From a bacterium (GTDB lineage: Bacteria > Patescibacteriota > Minisyncoccia > UBA6257 > JAGOQP01): a stretch of 64,000 nucleotides of DNA. A program made the position numbers and the translations under genes. Location: contig JAKANP010000001.1 in assembly GCA_021812345.1 (NCBI GenBank), forward strand, positions 54,979 to 118,978. The letters are read 5' to 3'. Of this stretch, positions 47,685 through 57,261 are shown one piece after another. Under the pieces are notes generated by a model. It had not been told where the DNA came from, ran no database searches, and was given only the letters and a program-made list of their open reading frames with translations. Numbering within the stretch: the first letter of the stretch is position 1; every line of letters begins with the position of its first letter.

Positions 47685-48284
47685 TCATTGAAAAAAATTT
47701 GATTCAAATATGGGAACATAAAATCTTTCGCCGTCTTTTTGAATTGATTCAAATAAAAAAACAGAATGTGCATCAAATGAAAAATTTATATTTTCAGGAA
47801 ATGTATCTTCTATTTTCAGAATCTCTTCTTTCTTTTGTTTGTCGTTTTTTAAAACAAAACTCTCTTGCCATCGGTTGGAAAATCTGGCGACAGTCAGATG
47901 GGAATTTGTTTCATGTGTTTTATCATATTTTATCCGGCTGGAATCGAGCTCCTCTTTTATTTTTTTAGACAAGGATTTAATAAAAATATTTGTTTTCTCA
48001 TCCGTCAACAGCCAGATCATTTTAGGACTTGCCGCATCCGGAGCTATCTTTATATCGTTGATTGTAATTTTATCGGGTGCCATTTCTTTTGATATCTTAA
48101 TGAGTAATTCTTTTATTTTTAAGATGTCTGATCTGTCTGATTCTCCCAAAAACGCCAGCGTAATGTGAAGGTTTTCCTCTTTGGTAAATGACGCGAAATC
48201 TAACGAATCTTTGGCATAAGCAACGGCATTTTTAATATTATTCTTCGCAATATTTGGTAAATTTATGGCAATAAATGTTCTCAT
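47685..48284 (-). CDS. thpR: RNA 2',3'-cyclic phosphodiesterase (2H family)
   Basis: MRTFIAI, HITL and HLTV motifs. Confidence 0.88.
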   Translation of the reverse strand: MRTFIAINLPNIAKNNIKNAVAYAKDSLDFASFTKEENLHITLAFLGESDRSDILKIKELLIKISKEMAPDKITINDIKIAPDAASPKMIWLLTDEKTNIFIKSLSKKIKEELDSSRIKYDKTHETNSHLTVARFSNRWQESFVLKNDKQKKEEILKIEDTFPENINFSFDAHSVFLFESIQKDGERFYVPIFESNFFQ

Positions 48285-48320
48285 ATTGATTTATAAAGTA
48301 TTTATTATATCATTAAAAAA

Positions 48321-48662
48321 ATGCTTGAAAAAGATTATTTAAAGAAAATTGTTTCAAGAAAAAAACAGACGCATGTTTTTAAAGATTTTCAGCATACCGG
48401 TCTGGTGATTTCCGAAATGCTTGAAGATAAAAAAAATAAATCTTTATACATAAAATTAGCCAAAACCATCAGCAAACAGATATTAATTCCTATCGCCAAG
48501 GATGTTTCGGAAAGAAAAAACGTTGCCTCAAAAGGAGCTTATTTTATGAAATTGATAAAAGAAAAAGGAATATTTAACAATATAATTTCAAAAAAAATAT
48601 GGTTAAAGAAGAAAACCAAAAAATCTGGACAACAGAAATTAAATCTCAAAAAGATTTTTTAA
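48321..48662 (+). CDS. basic hypothetical protein
   Basis: 113-aa ATG ORF (SLYIKLAK, KGAYF) overlapping the def start. Confidence 0.6.
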   Translation: MLEKDYLKKIVSRKKQTHVFKDFQHTGLVISEMLEDKKNKSLYIKLAKTISKQILIPIAKDVSERKNVASKGAYFMKLIKEKGIFNNIISKKIWLKKKTKKSGQQKLNLKKIF

Positions 48663-49111
48663 AAGGAAGAGCCAAAAAATTCGATTTTGCCGAATATTCA
48701 AAAAAAGATATAAATGATCTTATTCTTTTTATGAGAATGATGATGATAAAAAATCGCGGAGTGGGCTTAGCCGCTCCTCAAATCGGGTTAAATATGAGAG
48801 TTTTTGTCGCTCAACTTCCCAACGATGACGGATCCGGATATGTGGGAAAATTTTACGCGATATTTAATCCGGAAATAGAATCTATTTCCAAAAAATATAT
48901 TTCTGACGTTGAGGGTTGTTTGAGTGTTCCTTATTACTACGGGTCGGTCGAGAGAGCCGACAAAATAACAATAAATGGGTTTGATAAGAACGGCAGAAAA
49001 ACAAAAATCAAAGCCCAAGGATATTTGGCTAGAATATTTCAGCATGAAGTGGATCACTTGAACGGAATCTTGTTTTCCGACAAATCAAAAGATTTAAAAA
49101 AATATCAATAA
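48599..49111 (+). CDS. def: peptide deformylase
   Basis: GVGLAAPQIG, EGCLSVP, QHEVDHLNG. Confidence 0.96.
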   Translation: MVKEENQKIWTTEIKSQKDFLKGRAKKFDFAEYSKKDINDLILFMRMMMIKNRGVGLAAPQIGLNMRVFVAQLPNDDGSGYVGKFYAIFNPEIESISKKYISDVEGCLSVPYYYGSVERADKITINGFDKNGRKTKIKAQGYLARIFQHEVDHLNGILFSDKSKDLKKYQ

Positions 49112-49112
49112 T

Positions 49113-49970
49113 ATGATAAGTTCCTCATTTGTTTTTTTTGGAAGTCCGAAATTCGCCAAGATAATTCTTGAAAAATTGGAAGAAAATAATATTATTCCAT
49201 CAATTTTGATATGCAATCCGGACAAACCTTTTGGAAGAAAACACGTAATAACTCCCCCTCCGACAAAAGAGTTTGTAATTAAAAAAAATCTTCCTATAAA
49301 AATTTTTCAACCTAATTCAAAAGAAGATTTGGTTAAATTATTTAAAAGCGGAGAAATTCCCGAAAATAAATTTGCGGTTGTAGCGGCCTACTCTAAAATT
49401 ATTCCAAAAGAAGTGATTGATTTTTTTCCGTTAAAAATCGTAGGCGTTCATCCCTCGTTATTACCCGCTTATAGAGGCGCTTCTCCCATCCAAAATGCTA
49501 TTTTAAACGGCGATAAAATTTTTGGAACATCAATCTTTCTGATTGATGAGAAAACAGACCATGGACCGATTTTGGCTCAAGAAACTATAGATTTATCGGA
49601 TAAATTGCCGAATTATGAAGAGCTTGAAAAAACTCTGGCATCATCGTCCGCAAATCTTTTGATAAGAAACCTCCCTCTTTTTGCGGAAAATAAAATAACA
49701 CCGAGTCCTCAAGATGAATTTAAAGCCACATATACAAAAAAATTTAAAACCGAAGACGGATTTGTGGACTTAAGAAAAGATAATCCTGAATTGGTTTTTA
49801 GAAAAATAAAATCTTTAAATCCGGAGCCGGGAGTTTATGCGATAATAAACGAAAAAAGAATCAAATTAATCGATGTAATAAAAATATCGGATAATAATTT
49901 TGTGATAACAAAAATTCAGCCGGAAGGGAAAAAAGTCCAATCGGCCGATTTAAAATTGCCTTTAAATTAA
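49113..49970 (+). CDS. fmt: methionyl-tRNA formyltransferase
   Basis: FFGSPKFA, PDKPFGR, HPSLLPAYRGASPI, DHGPIL; follows def. Confidence 0.93.
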   Translation: MISSSFVFFGSPKFAKIILEKLEENNIIPSILICNPDKPFGRKHVITPPPTKEFVIKKNLPIKIFQPNSKEDLVKLFKSGEIPENKFAVVAAYSKIIPKEVIDFFPLKIVGVHPSLLPAYRGASPIQNAILNGDKIFGTSIFLIDEKTDHGPILAQETIDLSDKLPNYEELEKTLASSSANLLIRNLPLFAENKITPSPQDEFKATYTKKFKTEDGFVDLRKDNPELVFRKIKSLNPEPGVYAIINEKRIKLIDVIKISDNNFVITKIQPEGKKVQSADLKLPLN

Positions 49971-50545
49971 AAAAGTTTATTAAATCTTTCGGATACAACT
50001 TCCCAATTTATTGCTTTCATAAAAGCGCTTATGTAATCCGCTTTTTTTGTTCCGTAATCAATCATAAAAGCATGCTCAAAAACGTCTATGTTTAACAATA
50101 TGGGAAGTCCGGCCAGATGACCTTGATCGTGCTCATTAACCCAATTATTTATAAGAGAATTCGATTTATTGTCGTAATAAAGAATCCCCCAGCCTATTCC
50201 GCGGGATGACGCTATTGTTTTAAATTCTTTTTCCCATTGGTCAAAACTTCCAAAATCATCTTCTATTTTTTTATAAAGACCTGACTGTTCTTGTATTTTT
50301 TGGGAGTTTTTTGATAAAGATTCAAAATAATATTCATGCAGTCTCATTCCGTCAAATTCCCAGCCGAATCTTCTTTGCATCTCTGCGCGAGCCGGAGATT
50401 CTTGATTTACCGATTTTAATTCGTCAATCAGTTTATTGGTATTGCTTACATACCCCTGATAAAGAGCGAAATGAATTTTTAAAGCATTATCGCTAAAACC
50501 TTCCAAACCGAAAAGATTTTCAAAATTTTTAGCTTCGTATTTCAT
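49967..50545 (-). CDS. Fe/Mn superoxide dismutase
   Basis: HFALYQGY, LHEYYF, GIGW, DVFEHAF. Confidence 0.9.
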   Translation of the reverse strand: MKYEAKNFENLFGLEGFSDNALKIHFALYQGYVSNTNKLIDELKSVNQESPARAEMQRRFGWEFDGMRLHEYYFESLSKNSQKIQEQSGLYKKIEDDFGSFDQWEKEFKTIASSRGIGWGILYYDNKSNSLINNWVNEHDQGHLAGLPILLNIDVFEHAFMIDYGTKKADYISAFMKAINWEVVSERFNKLF

Positions 50546-50548
50546 ATT

Positions 50549-50818
50549 TTATTTATTAAATAAATTTTCTTGACTATCCGAGTCACTGCCTGAAATTTTA
50601 TCCGTGCTTGCATAAGATGTTTTTTTATTGGTTGATATTTTAAAGATGGCATAAATAGCGCAGAATCCGGTTACTGCCGTTACTAAAATTATTCCACCGA
50701 CAACCGCCATTAATATTCTAAGCCAGCTGGAAGATACCCAAAACATCGCTCCATAAAATAAAATTAAAGATAGAACGACTCTTATTATTCTATCGACTAA
50801 CCCTTCATTCTGTTTCAT
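50549..50818 (-). CDS. DUF2892/YgaP-like 2-TM protein
   Basis: NEGLVDRIIR, TGFCAIY..IST. Confidence 0.8.
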   Translation of the reverse strand: MKQNEGLVDRIIRVVLSLILFYGAMFWVSSSWLRILMAVVGGIILVTAVTGFCAIYAIFKISTNKKTSYASTDKISGSDSDSQENLFNK

Positions 50819-50873
50819 ATTTTTTAAATAAATTAATTTAATTTTTATCGACAATTGATTATAGCATAAAATA

Positions 50874-50897
50874 AAAACTCCGCTAAGTAGCGGAGTT
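50874..50897 (-). terminator. intrinsic terminator
   Basis: AACTCCGCT-AAGT-AGCGGAGTT, with an A run on the plus strand. Confidence 0.65.
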
Positions 50898-50918
50898 GTG
50901 TGTAAAATTCGGTCAGAT

Positions 50919-51980
50919 TCAGGCTTTAGCCGGGTTTGTAACGTGAGAATCGGATGTGATGTTAAGCCATCTTTCGATAGCCATCGATACGGTTATCCCG
51001 ACGAGACTTCCCGTGATGGTGAACGTGATGTAAGGAGTCAACAGCATCAAAGACATTTGTTCGCGAGTAAGATATCTGAACGTCAAATACCAAATTCCAT
51101 TACTGAAAACGGAAGCAATTGCGTGATAAATAAAGTTATTTCTGCTTCTGGCCCGACTGATGAGAGCAAAACTGATATTCTGAGAAATTGCCAAAATCAT
51201 CAGAATGTAAGCTTGGTCGATGGTTTTGGATATAACCGCAAACAAAATACCGATCGTTGCCAATATTGATGCCGGAACCAGCGGAGAAACAGAATCCTTA
51301 TTTTTCAGATGAGAGTCGGCGGAAGTTCCCACCAATCTTTCGATGGTCATGGAAACTTTCTGCCCCGACATTCCTCCAAGAATCGATCCGAAAAGATACG
51401 GCGGGAAAAGGTCAAACGTCAATTTCGCCATAATTAACTCTCTCCACATAAAATACCACAGAACTCCGTCAACAATCGATATCAATGCATGATAAGTGGC
51501 ATTATTTGTGTTGCGTGAACGTCTTACAGCCGTAAAGCCGGCATCCTTCATGAAAGCCAGCGCCGCCAGCGTCATCAATGCCAAAGCGCTTTTTCTGGCA
51601 AGAATTATTGACAGAAGAATCAAAATTCCCATCATCACCAAAAGAAATACCTGAGCCATCTTTGGAGTTGAAGTATTCTTGTTTGGCTTGGTTGTTATAT
51701 TGAACAACTTTTCGATCTTCATTGAAAGCGCGGCTCCGCTTACGCTTCCAAAAACAGTAGCTACGGTGTATGGAACCCACAAAATCAAAGTCATGTTTTT
51801 ACTGACCAACATTTTTAATGTGGAAAAGAAGACAAGATTTGAAAGCAACATAGTAAAGGCGTAGTAAATAAAACTGTTTCTATTTCCCGCCCTGCTGGTT
51901 AACGAATAACAGGTATTCTGTATGTATGCCATTAAAACCAACAGCAAAACGAAAGACAGCGAAAGTGTCATCTTGTCCAT
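50919..51980 (-). CDS. membrane protein of three tandem homologous repeats
   Basis: Three units with the pattern R-(A/S)-x-(N/S)..Y(H/Y)A...PY...G...G..SM.IE; strong SD GGGAGGG. Confidence 0.85.
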   Translation of the reverse strand: MDKMTLSLSFVLLLVLMAYIQNTCYSLTSRAGNRNSFIYYAFTMLLSNLVFFSTLKMLVSKNMTLILWVPYTVATVFGSVSGAALSMKIEKLFNITTKPNKNTSTPKMAQVFLLVMMGILILLSIILARKSALALMTLAALAFMKDAGFTAVRRSRNTNNATYHALISIVDGVLWYFMWRELIMAKLTFDLFPPYLFGSILGGMSGQKVSMTIERLVGTSADSHLKNKDSVSPLVPASILATIGILFAVISKTIDQAYILMILAISQNISFALISRARSRNNFIYHAIASVFSNGIWYLTFRYLTREQMSLMLLTPYITFTITGSLVGITVSMAIERWLNITSDSHVTNPAKA

Positions 51981-52067
51981 CCTGCCCTCCCCTTTTTCAA
52001 TTTTCTAATACATATTTAATATTTATATTAATTTTTTGTCAATGTTTTTTAATTAAAAATAAATTAT

Positions 52068-52095
52068 AAAAAAATCCCTGCTTTTGCAGGGATTA
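52068..52095 (-). terminator. intrinsic terminator
   Basis: AATCCCTGC-TTTT-GCAGGGATT, with an A run on the plus strand. Confidence 0.65.
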
Positions 52096-52112
52096 ATGTT
52101 CTAGTAAAATCA

Positions 52113-54920
52113 TTATGCCGGATTAGGCAGGAATGATTCCCAATCCAATTTGGCATTTTCCTTAATAAATTTATGAATTTGATCGGCGGGAAGCACACGG
52201 ACAAGAATTGGCGCACTTTGAGGTCCCTCTGCCGGAAGTCCCACAAATGAGACTCCGGAACTGTTAGGAGGAAATCCAAGTTCACCGTACTGATCGGTAT
52301 GAACATCGGCTCCCGAGCTGTGATAAATCGCGTATCCGGTAATTACTGTTCCCGTAAAATGTTTGTCGCCAACCGTTTTCAAGGTTATGCGATGATTCAT
52401 AATTCTATTGTAATTACCGCGACGAATATCATTGCGAACCATATTAAGCAATGTGTCGCCCCAATTTACACCTTGACCGGTAGGAGTATCTCGAAAATCG
52501 ATGCCGTATTCATATCCATCCGGAATTTGGAACGTTCCCCACGCAATGTATTGATTTCCAAAGAGAGGAGATTTAATCGAATGCTCGATCCATTCCGGAT
52601 GATTTGCCCAATGAGAAAGAGCAAGCAACTTAGCCTTAAGGATCCGGGCATAAATGAACCCTTCCGTTATCGTTTTGTCGGTTGTCTTAAGAATATGATT
52701 TCCGGTTCCATCGCTGATAATACCAACGTCGCGACGGTCGAAATCGGTTCCATTAAAATCACTGATTCCCTTGACAATGAGTCCGGACTTTTTAGCCCGA
52801 CGCAAAACAGCATCAAAAAATTCAACACCTTCCAAAACAAGAGAATCGATAGCTTCCTCAATTTGATCTTGAGCCCAATGAATTCCTCTGTACCAAAGTT
52901 GTGTTAACATAAACCTTCGCGCTTTTTCAAAATAAAAACGCAACTTATCCGGATCACTTTCATTCATCGCTCTATCACTCATATCCATAAGCTTTTTCTG
53001 AATTTGAGTGTAATTCATAGCGCGCGGATCCGGTTGTTTGTGGTTCTCATAATGATGTCCGTGGACGCCATCGTCATTCATGGTAACGCTATGAATTGGC
53101 ATAGCATCATTTTCAAAAAGACCGTCACGTTCCATCATCTTAAAACTTGCTTCAGTAATACCGACAACTTTCCCGTTGGGCATACTGATTATTTCCCGCG
53201 AAGGAGAACCAATATGAGTATCGGTAATTTCTTCAACCCATATATATTTCGGTTTGGGAACCGTGATTCCTCTTGCTTTGCTTTCCTTAATTCGTATTGA
53301 TGTTTTTTGAAGAGACTCAGTAGACCAGACAACCGGTTGGAATTTTCCATCAACCATTTTAAGTGTCAAAACTCCACTTTCAAATTGCTCGTTAAGCATA
53401 GAATTCGAAAGCTTGTGAACTTTCCTGATGGTGTCGCGAAGAGTTCCTCTGATAAAACGCTTATCAATCGCAATCGGCGCGACAAATACCTGAGCCGAAC
53501 CTCGTTTTCCGTCCGCATCCACTTGGCGTTCCGTAGAACGATAGTTGACGGCAAAAGGATGGCAAATAACAACATTATCCGCCATGCGTTCACGAAGAAC
53601 CTTCGGACCGTAAGAATTGCAGTAATTAGCCAACAACTCGTCACTCGGATCGTCGTTTCTGGGAATATTAATCTCAATACTTTGGCCGTTGTTTCTCGCA
53701 AAAGTGCTTCCGATGCCGATAACCTTGGAATTCGGAATAGTTTCTTCGATTCTCTTGATCACGAAGCGCATTACTTTGTAGTAATAACGCTTATGTTCTT
53801 GAGATGCTATGTTTGACGCCGCAGTGCGAGCCAGTTCATTCGAAACAGATTCCAAATTTTTTCTCAACTCATCGGCTAGAGAATGATCTTTTTTGTTGAT
53901 TGCGTGAGCAATTTGAATTTCCAACAAACGCTTTTGAACGTTCAATTCGTTTTGAATCCGTCTCATAAAATACAACTCTTCCCAATAAGCGCCGGCGGCA
54001 ATAATTTCTTCATCTCTGTAACCAAGAACAACCAATATCTGTCCGTTGAACGTCGGGTTCTTTTTGGTGCCGACAATCTTGGACCAACCTCTCATGCTTT
54101 CGGTGAACAATTCCGCGGTTGTCTGAAACATTATCTCGTCATGCGGTTGTTTTTCGATGATTCTTTTTGCCTTTTCGGCATAATCACGATCGAGATCGTC
54201 AGGATTGACATTGCGTCCGGAAAGAAGAGCTCGAAGAACCTTAATCGGTCCGGCTGCTTTCTTGGTATCGATATCAAGAATGTTGGTCAAAATTATCGCG
54301 GAATGCTTATAATAGCAAGCAATTTCAAGCGGTTGGCGCGCAGGATTCTCGGATATTACGCTGCTGTAAGGAATTCCCAAATTGACTCCGTTAAGAAATG
54401 TGATAGCGGCAGGGCTATCGTCATTGTCTGAACGAATTTCAAACGGTTTGATAAATGTTCCGGTTTCGAAATGCAACGGTTCCCCGCTCATTTCGGAAAT
54501 TTCTTCGCCTAGTCGCAAGATGCCCTTAACAAATCCGGTAGAAGATGAATCTTTCCGTCCGATTGTATTGCCGTGCAGTTGATTCCACTTTCTTACAAAT
54601 AATTCATAAGGAATATATGAAACGGCAGAATAAACTTTATTCATTTCCAATCGATGACGAACGGCAATTTTAATTTCCGCAAGAACCTTGAAAGTCCATA
54701 TCAATTCGATAATCTTACGTTGAAAATTGCGTTTATTAAAATTATATTCCGGCTTTTTCAGATGTTCAGCAAATTCTTCCTTAATTGCCTCGTACAAATA
54801 GTCGATGCCTTTGTCTTTTAACGTGCCGTCATAAATTAATTTTTCGATTCGATCAATAAGTCCGGAAATTTTCCAAGTATCTTTCTTCTTCCTTGCGGAA
54901 ACTTCCTTCTTGGAGCTCAT
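52113..54920 (-). CDS. 935-aa protein with a calcineurin-like metallophosphoesterase domain and a probable degenerate second copy
   Basis: ITDTHIG, NDDGVHG, GTGNH, GDKH in the C-half; SD GGGAGG. Confidence 0.75.
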   Translation of the reverse strand: MSSKKEVSARKKKDTWKISGLIDRIEKLIYDGTLKDKGIDYLYEAIKEEFAEHLKKPEYNFNKRNFQRKIIELIWTFKVLAEIKIAVRHRLEMNKVYSAVSYIPYELFVRKWNQLHGNTIGRKDSSSTGFVKGILRLGEEISEMSGEPLHFETGTFIKPFEIRSDNDDSPAAITFLNGVNLGIPYSSVISENPARQPLEIACYYKHSAIILTNILDIDTKKAAGPIKVLRALLSGRNVNPDDLDRDYAEKAKRIIEKQPHDEIMFQTTAELFTESMRGWSKIVGTKKNPTFNGQILVVLGYRDEEIIAAGAYWEELYFMRRIQNELNVQKRLLEIQIAHAINKKDHSLADELRKNLESVSNELARTAASNIASQEHKRYYYKVMRFVIKRIEETIPNSKVIGIGSTFARNNGQSIEINIPRNDDPSDELLANYCNSYGPKVLRERMADNVVICHPFAVNYRSTERQVDADGKRGSAQVFVAPIAIDKRFIRGTLRDTIRKVHKLSNSMLNEQFESGVLTLKMVDGKFQPVVWSTESLQKTSIRIKESKARGITVPKPKYIWVEEITDTHIGSPSREIISMPNGKVVGITEASFKMMERDGLFENDAMPIHSVTMNDDGVHGHHYENHKQPDPRAMNYTQIQKKLMDMSDRAMNESDPDKLRFYFEKARRFMLTQLWYRGIHWAQDQIEEAIDSLVLEGVEFFDAVLRRAKKSGLIVKGISDFNGTDFDRRDVGIISDGTGNHILKTTDKTITEGFIYARILKAKLLALSHWANHPEWIEHSIKSPLFGNQYIAWGTFQIPDGYEYGIDFRDTPTGQGVNWGDTLLNMVRNDIRRGNYNRIMNHRITLKTVGDKHFTGTVITGYAIYHSSGADVHTDQYGELGFPPNSSGVSFVGLPAEGPQSAPILVRVLPADQIHKFIKENAKLDWESFLPNPA

Positions 54921-55065
54921 CGAGTCCTCCCTGTCTCTCGCCCTAAATTGTCAATGAGCGAAAGTGTTCTGCCAAAATATTATCACGATATATTTTGAAT
55001 AACAATACTCAAATAATCCTCAATTATTCTATATTTAAAGGATAGATAATAAGGATAAAATAATA

Positions 55066-55094
55066 AAAATCAGCTGCTTTTGGCAGCTGAAAAA
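55066..55094 (-). terminator. intrinsic terminator
   Basis: TCAGCTGC-TTTTG-GCAGCTGA flanked by A runs. Confidence 0.6.
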
Positions 55095-55101
55095 TGTTTT
55101 T

Positions 55102-55362
55102 TTACTTTTCTTCAAAAATAAATTTAGGACAGCGGGTAACCGCCAAAGCGACATTGGTAATTTGGCAAATCTTATAAAAAGCTCCGGCAATTGGACAATT
55201 TTCATTGTCCGGACGATGAAAATTAAGATTGGCGCAATTGTAACAAAGACATTCCGTGCGCCTTAATTCATCCATCTTTTTGTTCACAAAAACATAAGAT
55301 CCGTAATGATTTTTCAAAACTGCCGGCGCTTCCATGCCGCCATACTTCTTTCCTTCAGCCAT
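55102..55362 (-). CDS. 86-aa Cys-rich hypothetical protein
   Basis: CLCYNC...CPIA..C...CP; SD AAAGGGGAG. Confidence 0.7.
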   Translation of the reverse strand: MAEGKKYGGMEAPAVLKNHYGSYVFVNKKMDELRRTECLCYNCANLNFHRPDNENCPIAGAFYKICQITNVALAVTRCPKFIFEEK

Positions 55363-55478
55363 GCGCTCCCCTTTCTTTTTTGTTGTTTTACTGCTGAAAA
55401 AATTATAAATAATTGCAAGTGGTAAATCAATGGCAACCGTTGAAAAACAACGTCTTTTATTATATATTTTACAAGTAT

Positions 55479-55549
55479 TGCGGGATCGTCTAATGGTAGG
55501 ACACGTGCCTCTGGAGCACGGTATCTTGGTTCGAATCCAGGTCCCGCAG
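55479..55549 (+). tRNA. tRNA-Gln(CTG)
   Basis: TGCGGGA/TCCCGCA acceptor stem, CGTGC-CTCTGGA-GCACG anticodon arm, GGTTCGAATCC. Confidence 0.95.
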
Positions 55550-55551
55550 CA

Positions 55552-56520
55552 ATGATTATCGACGATGTTATTATAAAAATAAAAGCCGGCAACGGAGGAA
55601 AAGGCGCTGTTGCTTTTAATAAAAATCTGATGTCTTTGGGGCCGGCTGGTGGCAGTGGAGGGAGAGGCGGAAATGTTTATGTTAAAATTATTCCCGAAAT
55701 TGACGCCTTAAATCAATTCAGAAATAAAAAAGAAATTATTGCCAAAGATGGAGAAAATGGCGGAAGACAATTCAGAGATGGAAAAGACGGGGAAGATTTG
55801 ATAATAAAAATTCCACAAGGATCGGTCATCCATAATTTATCCAACGGATTAAAAATTGAACCTAAAGAAATAGGAGAAATAATTCTTTTGGCAAAAGGCG
55901 GAAACGGAGGAAAAGGAAATTTTCATTTTCGTTCTCCAAGAAATACATCTCCAAAAAATTTTCAAACAGGACTTCCCGGAGAAAGATTTGAAATTCGCTT
56001 TGAGTTAAAGCTTATCGCCGATATTGGTTTAATCGGCCTTCCTAATGCTGGAAAGTCCAGTTTTTTGAATGCCATAACCAGCGCTAAGAGTAAAATCGGA
56101 AATTATCCTTTTACTACATTGGAACCTAATTTGGGCTCTTACTATGAATTAATTCTGGCCGATATACCCGGGTTAATAGAGGGGTCATCTGTTGGAAAAG
56201 GTCTGGGAATAAAATTTTTGCGCCACATTGAAAGGACTAAAATCCTGTTTCATTTAATCAGTTGCGAATCGGATGATATAAAAAACGACTATCAGATTGT
56301 CAGAAATGAACTTAAAAATTACAACAAAGAATTGTTGAAAAAACCGGAATATATTTTCTTGACCAAAATTGACTTGATCGAAAAAGATGAAGTTGAAGAA
56401 AAAATGAAAATTATTAAAAAAATATCTTCAAAATCGAATGCGATATCAATTTACGACGACACCAGTTTGGATAAAATAAAAAAAATATTAAATGAAATCA
56501 AAGATAAATCGGGTAATTAA
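55552..56520 (+). CDS. obgE: GTPase ObgE
   Basis: AGNGGKG Gly-rich Obg fold, GLPNAGKS, YPFTT, DIPG, FLRHIER, TKID. Confidence 0.96.
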   Translation: MIIDDVIIKIKAGNGGKGAVAFNKNLMSLGPAGGSGGRGGNVYVKIIPEIDALNQFRNKKEIIAKDGENGGRQFRDGKDGEDLIIKIPQGSVIHNLSNGLKIEPKEIGEIILLAKGGNGGKGNFHFRSPRNTSPKNFQTGLPGERFEIRFELKLIADIGLIGLPNAGKSSFLNAITSAKSKIGNYPFTTLEPNLGSYYELILADIPGLIEGSSVGKGLGIKFLRHIERTKILFHLISCESDDIKNDYQIVRNELKNYNKELLKKPEYIFLTKIDLIEKDEVEEKMKIIKKISSKSNAISIYDDTSLDKIKKILNEIKDKSGN

Positions 56521-57260
56521 TTTCTTATATCTCTTTGATTCTTTGCTTTCCTAAATGGCCTGCCTTTGATTGTTATCCATAAATAATCAAAACTTGCTCT
56601 TACTCCGGTCATTACCACGCCTTCCGCTTTTAATCTTCTTCCGGACGTGTATATGGGTAATTTTGATGTAAATTTAACTTTTCCAACTCTGCTTATTCTT
56701 TTGGCAATGTCTATATCTTCTCCAAAAAAGGTTAGGTCCATATTGTAGCCGTTTACTTTTTTTAGGGCATCTTTGCGGATAATAAAATTGCCTCCTTGTA
56801 AGACAGCTCCATTTTTAAAAACTCTCTGATTTAAAAAATTGCTTAAGGACCCGAAATAAAAAAAGGTTTTAATAAGAGCATTGGATATTTTCGATAAATC
56901 ATAATAAATAAAAGGGCCGCTTAACGCCACCAAATCATTATCTTTTTGAAATTCTTCAAAAACTTTGGAAATCCAATTTTCCGTCAAAACTGTATCGGCG
57001 TCTATATTGGCAATCAAATCCCCTTTTGATGCCAAAAAACCGGCCTGTCTTGCCTGAACCAGTCCTTTTTTGGGTTCATCAACTACTATTACTTCCTCAA
57101 ACATCTGCGCCACTCTTTTAGTATTGTCGGTGCTGGCATTATTGACCACAATAATTTCTGTTTCATGTCCGCATCTTTTGGAAGCATCCACAACTGAAGT
57201 CAAACATTTGTCCAAATAAGATTCTTCATTATGAGCCGGAATAACAAAAGTTAATTTCAT
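56517..57260 (-). CDS. GT2 glycosyltransferase
   Basis: VIPAHNEE, IDAD, GGNF, GED, TSGRR. Confidence 0.9.
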   Translation of the reverse strand: MKLTFVIPAHNEESYLDKCLTSVVDASKRCGHETEIIVVNNASTDNTKRVAQMFEEVIVVDEPKKGLVQARQAGFLASKGDLIANIDADTVLTENWISKVFEEFQKDNDLVALSGPFIYYDLSKISNALIKTFFYFGSLSNFLNQRVFKNGAVLQGGNFIIRKDALKKVNGYNMDLTFFGEDIDIAKRISRVGKVKFTSKLPIYTSGRRLKAEGVVMTGVRASFDYLWITIKGRPFRKAKNQRDIRN

Positions 57261-57261
57261 A

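Noticed and set aside
52299-54582. Long plus-strand ORFs (202, 169, 182 aa) antisense to the 935-aa gene
   Set aside because: Shadow ORFs fully inside a gene with motifs and an SD; they have no recognisable features
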